From: a virus
Taxonomy: Duplodnaviria > Caudoviricetes
Strand: one strand, 5' to 3'
Length of the DNA stretch: 58,497 bases
IMG/VR virus record: IMGVR_UViG_3300004265_000001
Location: 1-58,497 of that record
Of the stretch, positions 35,471 to 44,368 are shown piece by piece. Positions within the stretch are counted from its first letter, which is position 1. Every line of letters starts with the position of its first letter. Below the pieces are notes generated by a model, which was not told the DNA's origin, searched no databases, and saw only the letters and a list, made by a program, of their open reading frames with translations. A program made the translations under genes and the position numbers.

Positions 35471-36270
35471 TGACTACATTTCTAAGCGTCCCGAACTGGG
35501 ATGAACTTCAGCACTATAAGGATCGAACGCCACCTTGGATCAAGCTTCATAATGAGTTACTTGAAAACTATGAATTTGAGTGCTTGCCTGATGCTAGCAA
35601 AGCGCACCTATTATGTATCTGGTTGCTAGCAAGTCGCACCGAGAACAAAATGAAACCTGATCCTAGATGGATAGGGCGCAAAATAGGAGCTAATTCTCCT
35701 GTTGATTTAGACTCGCTTATTGCTTCAGGTTTTCTTCAATTAAATCAACCGCTACAAACTGTGGAGCATGATGCTAGCGCTATGCTACATACTGTGGAGC
35801 AAAGTGCTTGTACAGAGAGAGAGGGAGAGGAGAGCAGAGGAGAGAGATATAAAGACATGTCAGCCAAGGCAGACGCCGACAATGATCATGTGATCGAGCA
35901 AGGTGATCATGCTGAGCAGCCAAAGCCGGCTAACAATGATCATATAGAAATCTTTAACTACTGGCGTGACGCTATGAATAAAGATCCGGCAAAGACTTCT
36001 TTCACAGCCAAAAGGCTTAAAGCGGTTAAGGCTCGTTTAAAAGATTTCTCAGTCGATGATATTAAGACGGCTATTTTAAATTGTTCTAAAGATCCTTGGT
36101 CAATGGGCCATAACGATCGAGGCAAGCCATTTAATGATTTAGAGCTTATTTGCAGAGATAGCGGGAAAGTAGAGAGCTTTCTTATTGAAGCAAAACCAAA
36201 GCCACCAGCAAGAAATATTAACTCAATAGGCGATGATTTTAGCCCACCAGCAGGATGGAAATCACGATGA
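35470..36270 (+). CDS. Phage replication initiator protein
   Basis: NWDELQHYKDRTPPWIKLH N-terminal domain, a purine-rich linker and a C-terminal IFNYW...KRLKAVKARL domain. Directly upstream of the DnaC-like gene. Confidence 0.75.
   Translation: MTTFLSVPNWDELQHYKDRTPPWIKLHNELLENYEFECLPDASKAHLLCIWLLASRTENKMKPDPRWIGRKIGANSPVDLDSLIASGFLQLNQPLQTVEHDASAMLHTVEQSACTEREGEESRGERYKDMSAKADADNDHVIEQGDHAEQPKPANNDHIEIFNYWRDAMNKDPAKTSFTAKRLKAVKARLKDFSVDDIKTAILNCSKDPWSMGHNDRGKPFNDLELICRDSGKVESFLIEAKPKPPARNINSIGDDFSPPAGWKSR
35751..35945. other. Probable replication origin (iterons and GATC cluster) inside the initiator gene
   Basis: GCTACA(A/T)ACTGTGGAGCA at 35751-35768 and 35784-35801, a GA-rich tract, and GATC at 35884, 35892, 35905 and 35938. 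Confidence 0.55.
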
Positions 36271-37013
36271 AAAACAAACAGCAGAAAGAAACCGATGTAG
36301 CCATCGGGCTAAAGCAACGAATTGAAGCTATAGCCAATTATTCAAATGAGGGCCGCAAGTATAGCAAGGAAGAAATGCTAGCCATCCAAAAGTTAGAAAG
36401 TGAAGCGGCAAGCAATTTGGCATGTGAAAACAGAAGAATTGCAATGACCAACAAGGCCGTTGGGCGTTCTGGCATTCATCCGCTTCACCAGCGTTGTACT
36501 GTCAGTAATTTTGAAGCAAATACACCTGATAAAGTTATTGCCAAGAAATTTGCCTACGAATACATAACAGGATTTGAAAGCAATAACGGACAAGGCTTTA
36601 TATTTAGCGGAACACCTGGCACCGGTAAAAATCATTTATCTGCAGCCATTTGTAATGCGCTAATAAAATCGGGTAAGTCATGCTTAGTGATCACAATCAA
36701 TGAAATGATGCAAAAGCTAAGGAACACATACCACAAAGATAGCGCCATTACTGAGGACCAATTCATACAGAGTATGATTAACTATGACTTACTGGTGCTT
36801 GATGAAGTTGGTTTGCAGCGTGGCACCGATGCCGAACGCTTAGCGATAAATCAAATCGTTGATCAGCGTGTATGCCGAATTAAACCGACCGGAATGCTTA
36901 CTAATCTAAGTTCTCAGGATCTTGAACACACTTTGGGTGAACGTGTTATGGACCGAATGAAAATGAATGATGGCGAGTGGATAGCGTTTAATTGGGAGAG
37001 TTACCGCCGATGA
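36255..37013 (+). CDS. DnaC/IstB-like AAA+ helicase loader
   Basis: Walker A GTPGTGKNH, Walker B LLVLDEVG, GERVMDR and FNWESYR motifs. Confidence 0.9.
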   Translation: MEITMKNKQQKETDVAIGLKQRIEAIANYSNEGRKYSKEEMLAIQKLESEAASNLACENRRIAMTNKAVGRSGIHPLHQRCTVSNFEANTPDKVIAKKFAYEYITGFESNNGQGFIFSGTPGTGKNHLSAAICNALIKSGKSCLVITINEMMQKLRNTYHKDSAITEDQFIQSMINYDLLVLDEVGLQRGTDAERLAINQIVDQRVCRIKPTGMLTNLSSQDLEHTLGERVMDRMKMNDGEWIAFNWESYRR

Positions 37014-37207
37014 AGGAAGATATTATTGAACGAATGAAACGGCTTTCTATTGCTGGAAGGCAAGCCGATATACCACCAGTGCAAGAAGTTAAAAACACTA
37101 AGGTCGTTATCAAAAAGAAAGGTTACTTAGAACGTTTACTTGACGAGGTTGATCGAAAACATGCAGCCAACAAAAAAGCCAAAGCTAATAACAACAACCG
37201 GACCTGA
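36992..37207 (+). CDS. Small basic hypothetical protein
   Basis: Probably starts at ATG 37010, overlapping the DnaC-like stop. Confidence 0.45.
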   Translation: MGELPPMKEDIIERMKRLSIAGRQADIPPVQEVKNTKVVIKKKGYLERLLDEVDRKHAANKKAKANNNNRT

Positions 37208-37412
37208 GCCATTTTATGGTTACCCTCGAATTTGGTTTTATCGAAGCCGAGCAAATCAAGAAACAAAGTTCATTATGTCTCGAATGAATTTCATACCAGA
37301 ACATTTGAAGTTTGAAGTTTGCGAACAGTACGAAAGGCTATACAAGGGCGGTAAAGGCAAGAAAGAAGCAAATATATTTCTTGATACTGAAGCACGTAAA
37401 TATAAAAAATAA
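37140..37412 (+). CDS. Hypothetical phage protein
   Basis: 90 aa ORF in the operon, with a gagg RBS before an internal ATG. Confidence 0.5.
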   Translation: MTRLIENMQPTKKPKLITTTGPEPFYGYPRIWFYRSRANQETKFIMSRMNFIPEHLKFEVCEQYERLYKGGKGKKEANIFLDTEARKYKK

Positions 37413-37445
37413 ATTAAACAATTTAATCACAAGGTAATAAAAGAT

Positions 37446-39134
37446 ATGGCAACTGCAAATTCAAGAAGAAACACAAACGCATTAAAAAGCGATTTATACA
37501 CTACGCCACATTGGGCCACTAACGCGCTACTAAGCAGAGAAAAGTTTGAAGGTGTTTTCTGTGATGCCGGTTGTGGCAAAGGCGATATATCAAAAGTTCT
37601 TCACGCAACAGGACATGAAGCGGTAGGAGTAGACCTTTATGATTGGGGTTGGGGAACCACAGGGATTAACTTTCTTGAACATCAAACCAAGTACCCTAAC
37701 GTGATCAGTAACCCGCCATTTACCTTGCTTGGTGATTTTATTAAGCATGGCCTTGAGATAGCAAGCAACAAGGTCGCTATATTTGCCAGGATCAATGCGC
37801 TTGAAACTCTTGGTCGATACAATTCAATATACAAAGATAATCCACCAACTAAGGTTTATTTGTTCTCTAATCGCGTTAAGTGTTTGAAAGGCGGTCATGA
37901 TGATGGCGATTCTTCCGCTGTGCTTTATTGCTGGATTGTATGGGATAAGGGCCATAACGATTGGGATCTTGGGGCTAACAGACCAACACAGCTATTGTGG
38001 ATTGATGATCAAGCACCTAAAAATGAAAAGCCTAAGTTTGATGTTAATGCGCCAGCACTTCACATTTCAGACGTTAGAACGCTTCTTGATGAAACCTTAG
38101 CAACATTCAGATCAACGTTTGCTAGTGATGATGTTGAGCGTAAACATATCGTTTCTGTTTCAGGCGGTAAGGATTCTGATTGTGCTTATGCCATTGCTAA
38201 CATTGCCACAGAAGGCGATTTTGAGGCTATATTCTGCAACACAGACAACGAACACGAAGAAACGCTAGCATTCGTAAGGGATTTACATAATAACGTCGGA
38301 AATGGAGCCCCACGAGTTACAGAGCTAAAAGCTAAATTTACTGAAGCTCAATTCCAGGCTCGACGCGAAAAGATTGTTAAAAACTGGTCTAAGCCATACA
38401 CGATAAGCCAAGGAATAAGAAAGGGCCAAGTTATCCCGCCAATGACAGACAAGCAGATATATGACGCGCTTGAGGCTACGCAGATGACAGACAATGCAAT
38501 GCTTAACTCAATGTTGCTTCATGGTGCCATGCCTTCAAGACAATCAAGATTTTGTACTGAAGATTTAAAAATTGATGTGGCAACAAATCAAATATTGCTG
38601 CCGTTGCTTGCAGAGTTTGACGGCGAGATCATCAACTGGTCAGGTGTTAGGGCTCAAGAGTCTGAAGAACGCAAAAATTATAAATGGGTTAGTGAAGATC
38701 CTAGAGGTGACGGCTTTTTGTTTACGTTCCTGCCAGTACACAAATGGTTAATTCAAGACGTATTTGCTTTGCATAAGTATTTGGGGTTTAAGCCTAACCC
38801 GCTATACATGCGCGGTGCAGCAAGGGTTGGTTGTTGGCCTTGCATTATGTCGTGTAAGTCTGAAATAAGAGAGATCGTATCAACTACGCCTGAAAAAATA
38901 GTTCAACTTAGAGAGTGGGAAATTCAAGTTGCCAAGGTTTCTCGTTATACGATTTGGCAAAAGTCGCTAACTGACGGTCAATACGATTTGTCTTTCTTGC
39001 CTCAAAGAGTGAAAGCAGGGCAAAACGTTCACGATATGGTTAATTGGGCTATGACTGATCGCGGTGGTGATGACATTGAATATACCGGTGCCGATATGAA
39101 TTGCAAAATCGGTGATCATATATTTTGTGAATAG
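37446..39134 (+). CDS. Fusion of an amino-DNA methyltransferase and a PAPS-reductase-family (PP-loop) domain
   Basis: N-terminal DLYTTP, DAGCGKG (SAM motif I) and NPPF. C-terminal SVSGGKDS, RFCTEDLK, GVRAQES and NPLY..GAARVGCWPC. Confidence 0.85.
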   Translation: MATANSRRNTNALKSDLYTTPHWATNALLSREKFEGVFCDAGCGKGDISKVLHATGHEAVGVDLYDWGWGTTGINFLEHQTKYPNVISNPPFTLLGDFIKHGLEIASNKVAIFARINALETLGRYNSIYKDNPPTKVYLFSNRVKCLKGGHDDGDSSAVLYCWIVWDKGHNDWDLGANRPTQLLWIDDQAPKNEKPKFDVNAPALHISDVRTLLDETLATFRSTFASDDVERKHIVSVSGGKDSDCAYAIANIATEGDFEAIFCNTDNEHEETLAFVRDLHNNVGNGAPRVTELKAKFTEAQFQARREKIVKNWSKPYTISQGIRKGQVIPPMTDKQIYDALEATQMTDNAMLNSMLLHGAMPSRQSRFCTEDLKIDVATNQILLPLLAEFDGEIINWSGVRAQESEERKNYKWVSEDPRGDGFLFTFLPVHKWLIQDVFALHKYLGFKPNPLYMRGAARVGCWPCIMSCKSEIREIVSTTPEKIVQLREWEIQVAKVSRYTIWQKSLTDGQYDLSFLPQRVKAGQNVHDMVNWAMTDRGGDDIEYTGADMNCKIGDHIFCE

Positions 39135-39194
39135 AAATTAATTATTAGCCCCGATAACTTCGGGGCCAATAAACAAAAAGTATAAAGGCATTAT

Positions 39195-39479
39195 ATGAAA
39201 ATTAAAGACCAAGCAAGAGCAGCATTAGCGCTAGATCCTTTTGCAACTACATTTATTTGCGATAGAGTTTGCAAGGTCGAAGGTTGCAATTGTTACGTGC
39301 GAAGAACTGCAGGTAAGTTTAGATGCGTAGAATGTGCAAAAGTTTACGAGTCAAATTATCGAAAAGAGCATTTGAAAAAGCTTTCTGAATATAATCGTAA
39401 ATGGCACAAAGACCATAAGGATTATGTTAACACCAAGGCAAGGGCCACTTACCAATTGAAAAAGGAAACCAAACTTTGA
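39195..39479 (+). CDS. Small Cys-rich basic protein
   Basis: 94 aa with C-x4-C and CVEC motifs and a basic helical tail. Confidence 0.5.
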   Translation: MKIKDQARAALALDPFATTFICDRVCKVEGCNCYVRRTAGKFRCVECAKVYESNYRKEHLKKLSEYNRKWHKDHKDYVNTKARATYQLKKETKL

Positions 39480-39916
39480 GCGACCAACTTAAATTTGAGG
39501 TTAATATCTCAACGCTTGCAACTTTCTGGCATGAGATTAAGCGCTTTGTTAGGCCTCGCAAGCGATACCTGATCACAATCAAAGAGTGGGAGGCAAGATC
39601 CCTACCTGCTAATGCTCAAGTTCATATTTGGATAAAGCAGATTGGCGAGTACACCGGAGAGGATATTAAAACCACTGAGGCGCGGTGTAAGCGCGATCAT
39701 GGTTTAGCCATAGCTTTATCTGGTGAAAACGGTGCAATGCTTTCTTGGATGCTTGATAAGTTGAGATTTGACAACTTAACTGACGATCAACAACTGAAAA
39801 TTATTTCAGCAATGGAAATCACAAGAAATTTTACAACCAAAGAACACAACGCATATCGCAATAGCATCCAGCACTACTGGAACAACCAAGGGCTACAGAT
39901 TGGATATATAAACTAA
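39476..39916 (+). CDS. NinB/YbcN-family recombination protein
   Basis: IKEWEARSLPANAQVHIWIKQI motif and a position in the nin region. Confidence 0.7.
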   Translation: MSDQLKFEVNISTLATFWHEIKRFVRPRKRYLITIKEWEARSLPANAQVHIWIKQIGEYTGEDIKTTEARCKRDHGLAIALSGENGAMLSWMLDKLRFDNLTDDQQLKIISAMEITRNFTTKEHNAYRNSIQHYWNNQGLQIGYIN

Positions 39917-39924
39917 ACATTTAG

Positions 39925-39953
39925 TTGAACGTTTATTTTATTTAGAATATGCT
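39925..39953 (+). promoter_or_regulatory. Sigma70-like promoter for the HNH leader
   Basis: TTGAAC (39925-39930), 17 nt, TATGCT (39948-39953). Confidence 0.6.
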
Positions 39954-39959
39954 TGTTTT

Positions 39960-40093
39960 GTCTTTAGAGAGTGATGCCAAAAAAGACTATATGCCAGAAG
40001 CATGAAACCATGACACACGATTTTAAACCCCTTGCTAGGTGCCTAAGTGTCAGGCCGCATCAACTAGCAGGGGGTTTTCTTTTTAGGGGGTTT
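39960..40093 (+). ncRNA. c4/a1b1-like attenuator leader (copy C)
   Basis: Hairpin GTCTTT/AAAGAC presenting TGATGC. A terminator stem (40025-40038/40064-40077 plus U-tract) whose loop holds GTGTCA and GCATCA, complementary to upstream TGACAC and TGATGC. Confidence 0.55.
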
Positions 40094-40095
40094 GT

Positions 40096-40749
40096 ATGCC
40101 TATAAGCGTAAACGACATATTTAAATCAAACGCTGGTTTAGAATTTATAGTTATTAATTACGTAAATTATAAAAATATAGATATAAGATTTATTTCTAGC
40201 GGGTTTGAAGTAAACACAAATTCAGACTTAATATCCAAGGGGTCGATAAAAGATAAGCTTAGCCCAAGCGTTGAAGGAGTTGGTTTTATTGGTGATGGGA
40301 TATATAACAAAAAAAACAATCCAGACGCTTACTCTTGCTGGCAATCTATGTTCCAAAGAAGCTATTCAAAGGTATTTCACAAAAGGAATCCAACATACAA
40401 AGACTGCTCTGTCTGCTCTAGATGGCATAACTTCCAAAACTTCGCACCTTGGTTTTATGATAACGTTTCTATAGAGAAACACTCTTTAGACAAGGATATA
40501 AAAGCAAAAGGGAATAGAGTCTACTCACCTGAAAAATGCTGCTTTGTATCTAAAAAAGAAAACAGTCAAAACGTATCAACAATGAGGTCAAGAGTTTTCA
40601 TAAGTCCTGATGGGGAGTATGTTTTAGTCAAAAATAAAAATGAATTTTGCAGATCGAACAACTTAAATGCTGGATCTTTGAATAAAGTTGAAAATGGAAA
40701 GCAAGCACACCACAAAGGTTGGAGGTTCAGTCATGAAGTTGAAGACTAA
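40096..40749 (+). CDS. HNH-type homing endonuclease-like protein (paralogue of 22013..22678)
   Basis: YSCWQSMFQRSY, YKDCSVCSRWHNFQNFAPWF, LDKDIKAKGNRVYSPEKC and a C-terminal FCRSNNL...HKGW. Confidence 0.8.
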   Translation: MPISVNDIFKSNAGLEFIVINYVNYKNIDIRFISSGFEVNTNSDLISKGSIKDKLSPSVEGVGFIGDGIYNKKNNPDAYSCWQSMFQRSYSKVFHKRNPTYKDCSVCSRWHNFQNFAPWFYDNVSIEKHSLDKDIKAKGNRVYSPEKCCFVSKKENSQNVSTMRSRVFISPDGEYVLVKNKNEFCRSNNLNAGSLNKVENGKQAHHKGWRFSHEVED

Positions 40750-41389
40750 AAAGATAAGAATGAAACCATGTAAACACTGTGACGTTAAATTCCAGCCAGA
40801 ACGACAAATGCAAGAAACTTGCAGCGTTAAGTGCGCCATTGAGCTAACCAATGTTAAGCGTGAAAAGAAAAATGCCAAAGACGCTGCAAATGTTAGAAAG
40901 AAGGAACGCGACGCGACTAAGGCCAATAACAAACGTAAGCGTGAATTTACCGACAATGACAAAAGCCATCAAACAAAGCTTACGCAAGATGTGTTTAATA
41001 AATGGATCCGTACCATTAGGGATGCAGACGAACCATGCATTAGCTGTGACACTGAATCAATTGCTGGTGGCATTGGTGGCGCTTGGGATTGTGGACACTT
41101 CCTATCTCGTGGCGCTTGTCCTGAGTTGAAATTTGAGCCGCTTAATGCTTATAAGCAATGTAAAAAATGTAATGGCGGTTCTGGCCGCTATGCTCACAAA
41201 GCTAATACAGTGGCCCAAGAGTATGAGCGCCGGTTAATCATTAAAATAGGGCAGGATAAAGTTGATTGGTTGAGAGGCCCACACGAAGCAAAGAAGTATA
41301 CTTGCGAACAGTTACGAGAAATCCGAGCGTACTACTCCAGGTTAATTCGTGAGAATATTAAAACTGATGATGATAGACCATATAAATAG
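40733..41389 (+). CDS. ninG: NinG/Rap-family recombination endonuclease (start re-called at ATG 40733)
   Basis: CKHC...CSVKCA, FNKWIR.RD, PCISC and WDCGHFLSRGACPELKFEPLNAYKQCKKCN motifs, with a ggagg RBS. Confidence 0.85.
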   Translation: MKLKTKKIRMKPCKHCDVKFQPERQMQETCSVKCAIELTNVKREKKNAKDAANVRKKERDATKANNKRKREFTDNDKSHQTKLTQDVFNKWIRTIRDADEPCISCDTESIAGGIGGAWDCGHFLSRGACPELKFEPLNAYKQCKKCNGGSGRYAHKANTVAQEYERRLIIKIGQDKVDWLRGPHEAKKYTCEQLREIRAYYSRLIRENIKTDDDRPYK

Positions 41390-41391
41390 GA

Positions 41392-41640
41392 GTGATAACC
41401 ATGATTGAAATGCCACCTGCACCACCTACGTTCTGTCAGGCTTCAGCCAACTTCTCTAAAGTAGTTATGGAAAAGGTTATAGCCGGTAACGCAGATGAAG
41501 TCAGGGGAACTTACTTTGCTTACAACGGTGATTTTAATATGACGATATTGAAAAAAGCACTTAGTAATTATGTTGAAGAAAACCCGTTAACACCTAGCGA
41601 GTTTAGTATAAAAATTTATGATGATTGTAAAGCCAAGTAA
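41392..41640 (+). CDS. Hypothetical protein
   Basis: Last rightward gene, with an aggag RBS. Confidence 0.5.
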   Translation: MITMIEMPPAPPTFCQASANFSKVVMEKVIAGNADEVRGTYFAYNGDFNMTILKKALSNYVEENPLTPSEFSIKIYDDCKAK

Positions 41641-41641
41641 T

Positions 41642-41671
41642 AAAAAGCCCTCTAATTTGAGGGCTTTTTTT
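41642..41671. terminator. Bidirectional terminator where the early-right and lysis transcripts converge
   Basis: aaaaaGCCCTC-taattt-GAGGGCttttttt. Confidence 0.8.
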
Positions 41672-41879
41672 ATTGGCAAATAGAAATGTAAATTTCATCA
41701 TGCTTTAGTATTTGGTCCACCAGCTTGGGCGACATTACATTTACATCGCTTTCAGTTGGCGTAATGACAAATGCATTTAAGCAGTAGCTATTGTGTGAAC
41801 TTGCGCAACCGCTCACGCTTATCACTATCACTAAGGCTATCAATTTTTTTAGAGACTTCATTAGCTTTTTTAACATCAT
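41670..41879 (-). CDS. Rz1-like outer-membrane spanin lipoprotein
   Basis: Signal peptide KKLIALVIVISVSG-C lipobox. Overlaps the i-spanin in another frame. Confidence 0.7.
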   Translation of the reverse strand: MMLKKLMKSLKKLIALVIVISVSGCASSHNSYCLNAFVITPTESDVNVMSPKLVDQILKHDEIYISICQ

Positions 41880-42006
41880 CTAAAACCCCGTTACTTGCAT
41901 CTAACTCGGCTTCATTTTTACCGCTAGCTTTCGCATTAAAAACCAAAACCAATATAGCAATGACAATAACGGCAACAATGATGGCTATAACAATAAGCTC
42001 GTTCAT
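41788..42006 (-). CDS. Rz-like inner-membrane spanin
   Basis: N-terminal transmembrane segment followed by a short periplasmic helix. Located in the lysis cassette. Confidence 0.7.
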   Translation of the reverse strand: MNELIVIAIIVAVIVIAILVLVFNAKASGKNEAELDASNGVLDDVKKANEVSKKIDSLSDSDKRERLRKFTQ

Positions 42007-42209
42007 TACTCTGACTTCTTAATGTTTACCACACTAAATTTGTCCATGAAAAAACTAACAAAGCCTAACCACTTTTTATACGTGGCCACGCGCTCGTCGT
42101 CTTTAGTGTCTGGTGTGACACTTGCCGACTTTTCTAACACTGCAACAATTGTCGATGCAAAAGTAACTAACGCACCTACAATGATAAAAAACCACTCTAC
42201 ATAGTCCAT
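42006..42209 (-). CDS. Small membrane protein (holin/antiholin-like)
   Basis: 67 aa with a TM segment and a TPDTKDD motif, between the endolysin and spanins. Confidence 0.55.
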   Translation of the reverse strand: MDYVEWFFIIVGALVTFASTIVAVLEKSASVTPDTKDDERVATYKKWLGFVSFFMDKFSVVNIKKSE

Positions 42210-42220
42210 AATCTAGATCC

Positions 42221-42685
42221 TTAACCTTTTACGCGCCATTCAATGTACGCATTAACATAGTTTTCAGGTGACGCTTTACCATCGTTGGTGTCGTCGCCAT
42301 CATCGCCGCCATTATTCCAATAGCATTTAGCATAATCACCCATTGCACATACTGATCGTGGTAATGGGTTCTTGTCCATAAGCAGGTAACAACGAGCTAC
42401 AAACACAGCATAGCGATCATCAGTTTCTAATGATGCAAGGTTGCGCTTAATGCCAAGTTTAGCAGCTAGCTTATTTATTGAGTCGCAATTATCCCAAATT
42501 GAGTTGTGCGTTATTGGTTCGATTTGAAAAAGGCTTAATGCTGGCCCTGTAATTTGCTTACGATATTTCCCCAGACCAGACTCGTGTGCTGCAATCATGC
42601 AAAGTAGCTCGGTTCCTTCTGGCTTATACCGGTCCATTTCTCGCGTAGTTTTTTCTATGACAGCTTTTAGATTGCTATATTTCAT
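42221..42685 (-). CDS. Endolysin, lysozyme-like/SLT fold
   Basis: ELLCMIAAHES (catalytic Glu), GPALSLFQIEP and YAKCYWN motifs. Flanked by holin and spanins. Confidence 0.75.
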   Translation of the reverse strand: MKYSNLKAVIEKTTREMDRYKPEGTELLCMIAAHESGLGKYRKQITGPALSLFQIEPITHNSIWDNCDSINKLAAKLGIKRNLASLETDDRYAVFVARCYLLMDKNPLPRSVCAMGDYAKCYWNNGGDDGDDTNDGKASPENYVNAYIEWRVKG

Positions 42686-42984
42686 TATGGTTTCCCCGAT
42701 TTACCAAAAAAACGTTGGATTATTGGCATGGCCACCCAACTAACGGTTTTGTTTATGCCTAGGCCACATAAGCATGAAAGTATCATTGTTTCTGGAAATG
42801 AGTTGCCACGGATAACACCGATAGATACAAGCATAAGCCCAAATATAACCGCTAAAATCATTTCACCGATAAATGCCCTTAGCTTAACCTTTTCTTCATT
42901 AAGAAGGTTTCTGGCAATAACAGCAAATGCAAATGTAGCCACGATCGCAATCGTGTTAAGTAGGTCATTATTTTTAAAATCCAT
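42685..42984 (-). CDS. Holin
   Basis: 99 aa with three hydrophobic segments and a basic C-terminus, directly upstream of the endolysin. Confidence 0.7.
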   Translation of the reverse strand: MDFKNNDLLNTIAIVATFAFAVIARNLLNEEKVKLRAFIGEMILAVIFGLMLVSIGVIRGNSFPETMILSCLCGLGINKTVSWVAMPIIQRFFGKSGKP

Positions 42985-43055
42985 TTGTTCAGCCTATTCT
43001 TCACCTACTAAAAAGGTGTTTTGCAGTTGTGTAAGGATAACTCTTTAGAGGACAT

Positions 43056-43082
43056 AAAAAAAGCCACCTATAAAGGTGGCTT
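43056..43082 (-). terminator. Intrinsic terminator upstream of the lysis genes
   Basis: Minus strand AAGCCACCT-TTAT-AGGTGGCTTTTTTT. Confidence 0.75.
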
Positions 43083-43193
43083 AAAAAAAGCAGAGAGCAA
43101 CTAACTTTATAACCAAAAACAAAACGCAAGAGAGATTTACATATTAGTCATTTATGCTTAATTGTCAAATGATATGTCATAGCTAATAAAATG

Positions 43194-43388
43194 CTATCGC
43201 TTTGCCATATAATCATTTTCATAAGTCTTATCAGGATCTAAAAGCTTGATTGCTTCACTTGTAAAAGCCATTTCAGCAGCATCGAGATCATTAACATTTA
43301 AATGATGATGAAGAATACCCCATAAGCATTTGGCTTGATTATGGTCCATTGCTAGTTCTACTTCGACTTCGAGTTTCATAATAGTCAC
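43194..43388 (-). CDS. Hypothetical protein
   Basis: 64 aa with an aaggtg RBS, preceded by a hairpin at about 43398-43426. Confidence 0.5.
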   Translation of the reverse strand: MTIMKLEVEVELAMDHNQAKCLWGILHHHLNVNDLDAAEMAFTSEAIKLLDPDKTYENDYMAKR

Positions 43389-43534
43389 CTTAAAAAATAA
43401 GGCTAATAGAAAACCTAATAGCCTTATCCTTACTAACTAAACATATTGAAAAAACCTTTCTGCTTATGGCCTTTGCTTAGATTAGCAGTAGGTTCCATTT
43501 CAGGGTTAGGTACTTCGGGTTCTCCGCTAACAGA

Positions 43535-44077
43535 TCAACCGTTACCATTACCACGACCAGCTAAAAGGGCATCAAGCTTAGAGTTTTGCATTGCGTTGGC
43601 AACCGCATCTTGTACGCGGGTATCACATGCCTGGTTAGCTAAAATCTGAGCTAAACCAGCATCGGTTTTAGCCTGATTTTGAACAGCTAACAGTTGAGAA
43701 TCACAACAGCACTTTGCAGCTTCACGAGCGTTAGCTGCCATTTCTCGCTCAATATCACGCAAGCGGTCAGATGTGCGGAACTCAGCGTTAACAGTCATAT
43801 CAGACTGACGCTGATCGTGGCTTGTTAATGTATCTATAATTCGGTTATGTCCATCTACAACATTTTTATTTGCAGCGGCAAATTGATTTTGGTCTAACAA
43901 GTTTTCAATACTGGCTGATGTCTGACGATTACCGGCCTCAACACGTACAGCATTACTAGAAGCATCAGCAAAATTACCATCGTAACCATAACCATAATTT
44001 CCCGCACCAACACCAACACCACCACGACCGATCAAAGATAGTGTAGCTAGCTCACTTGCATTTACTGAACCGTCCAT
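43535..44077 (-). CDS. CCC-motif Gly/Asn/Gln-rich protein of unknown function
   Basis: 180 aa with a strong agggga RBS, a G/Y-rich N-terminus and a coiled coil containing AAKCCCDSQL...NQACDTR. Confidence 0.7.
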   Translation of the reverse strand: MDGSVNASELATLSLIGRGGVGVGAGNYGYGYDGNFADASSNAVRVEAGNRQTSASIENLLDQNQFAAANKNVVDGHNRIIDTLTSHDQRQSDMTVNAEFRTSDRLRDIEREMAANAREAAKCCCDSQLLAVQNQAKTDAGLAQILANQACDTRVQDAVANAMQNSKLDALLAGRGNGNG

Positions 44078-44179
44078 AATAATTCCCCTAGAGTTTAATT
44101 AAATTGTTGTTTATTCAACAATGTAAAATTAACCATAGATATTGCTATTATGTAATAAATTAATAATGGACTATAAACC

Positions 44180-44368
44180 CTATTGTTTATTGATTAATTT
44201 TTGATTAAACGACATTTGGCACCGGTCGCATTTAGGCATTACACAGTTTTTACATGATTCATATCTAAGTCCCATATTTCCTGAAGATATATTCTGCTTG
44301 ACTTGATCTATGTTTAACCCCGTCTTTTTGCTAATGGCATTAAGTATAACCTCAACTTCATTTATCAT
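44180..44368 (-). CDS. Small protein with a C-terminal CxxC-x4-CxxC
   Basis: 62 aa containing CKNCVMPKCDRC, with a gagggg RBS. Confidence 0.55.
   Translation of the reverse strand: MINEVEVILNAISKKTGLNIDQVKQNISSGNMGLRYESCKNCVMPKCDRCQMSFNQKLINKQ

Noticed and set aside
38140-39134. PAPS-reductase domain as a complete Dnd/Ssp phosphorothioation system or a sulfur-assimilation auxiliary gene
   Set aside because: No DndA/B/D/E, Ssp or other cys genes are recognisable, so the function is left open (see findings).
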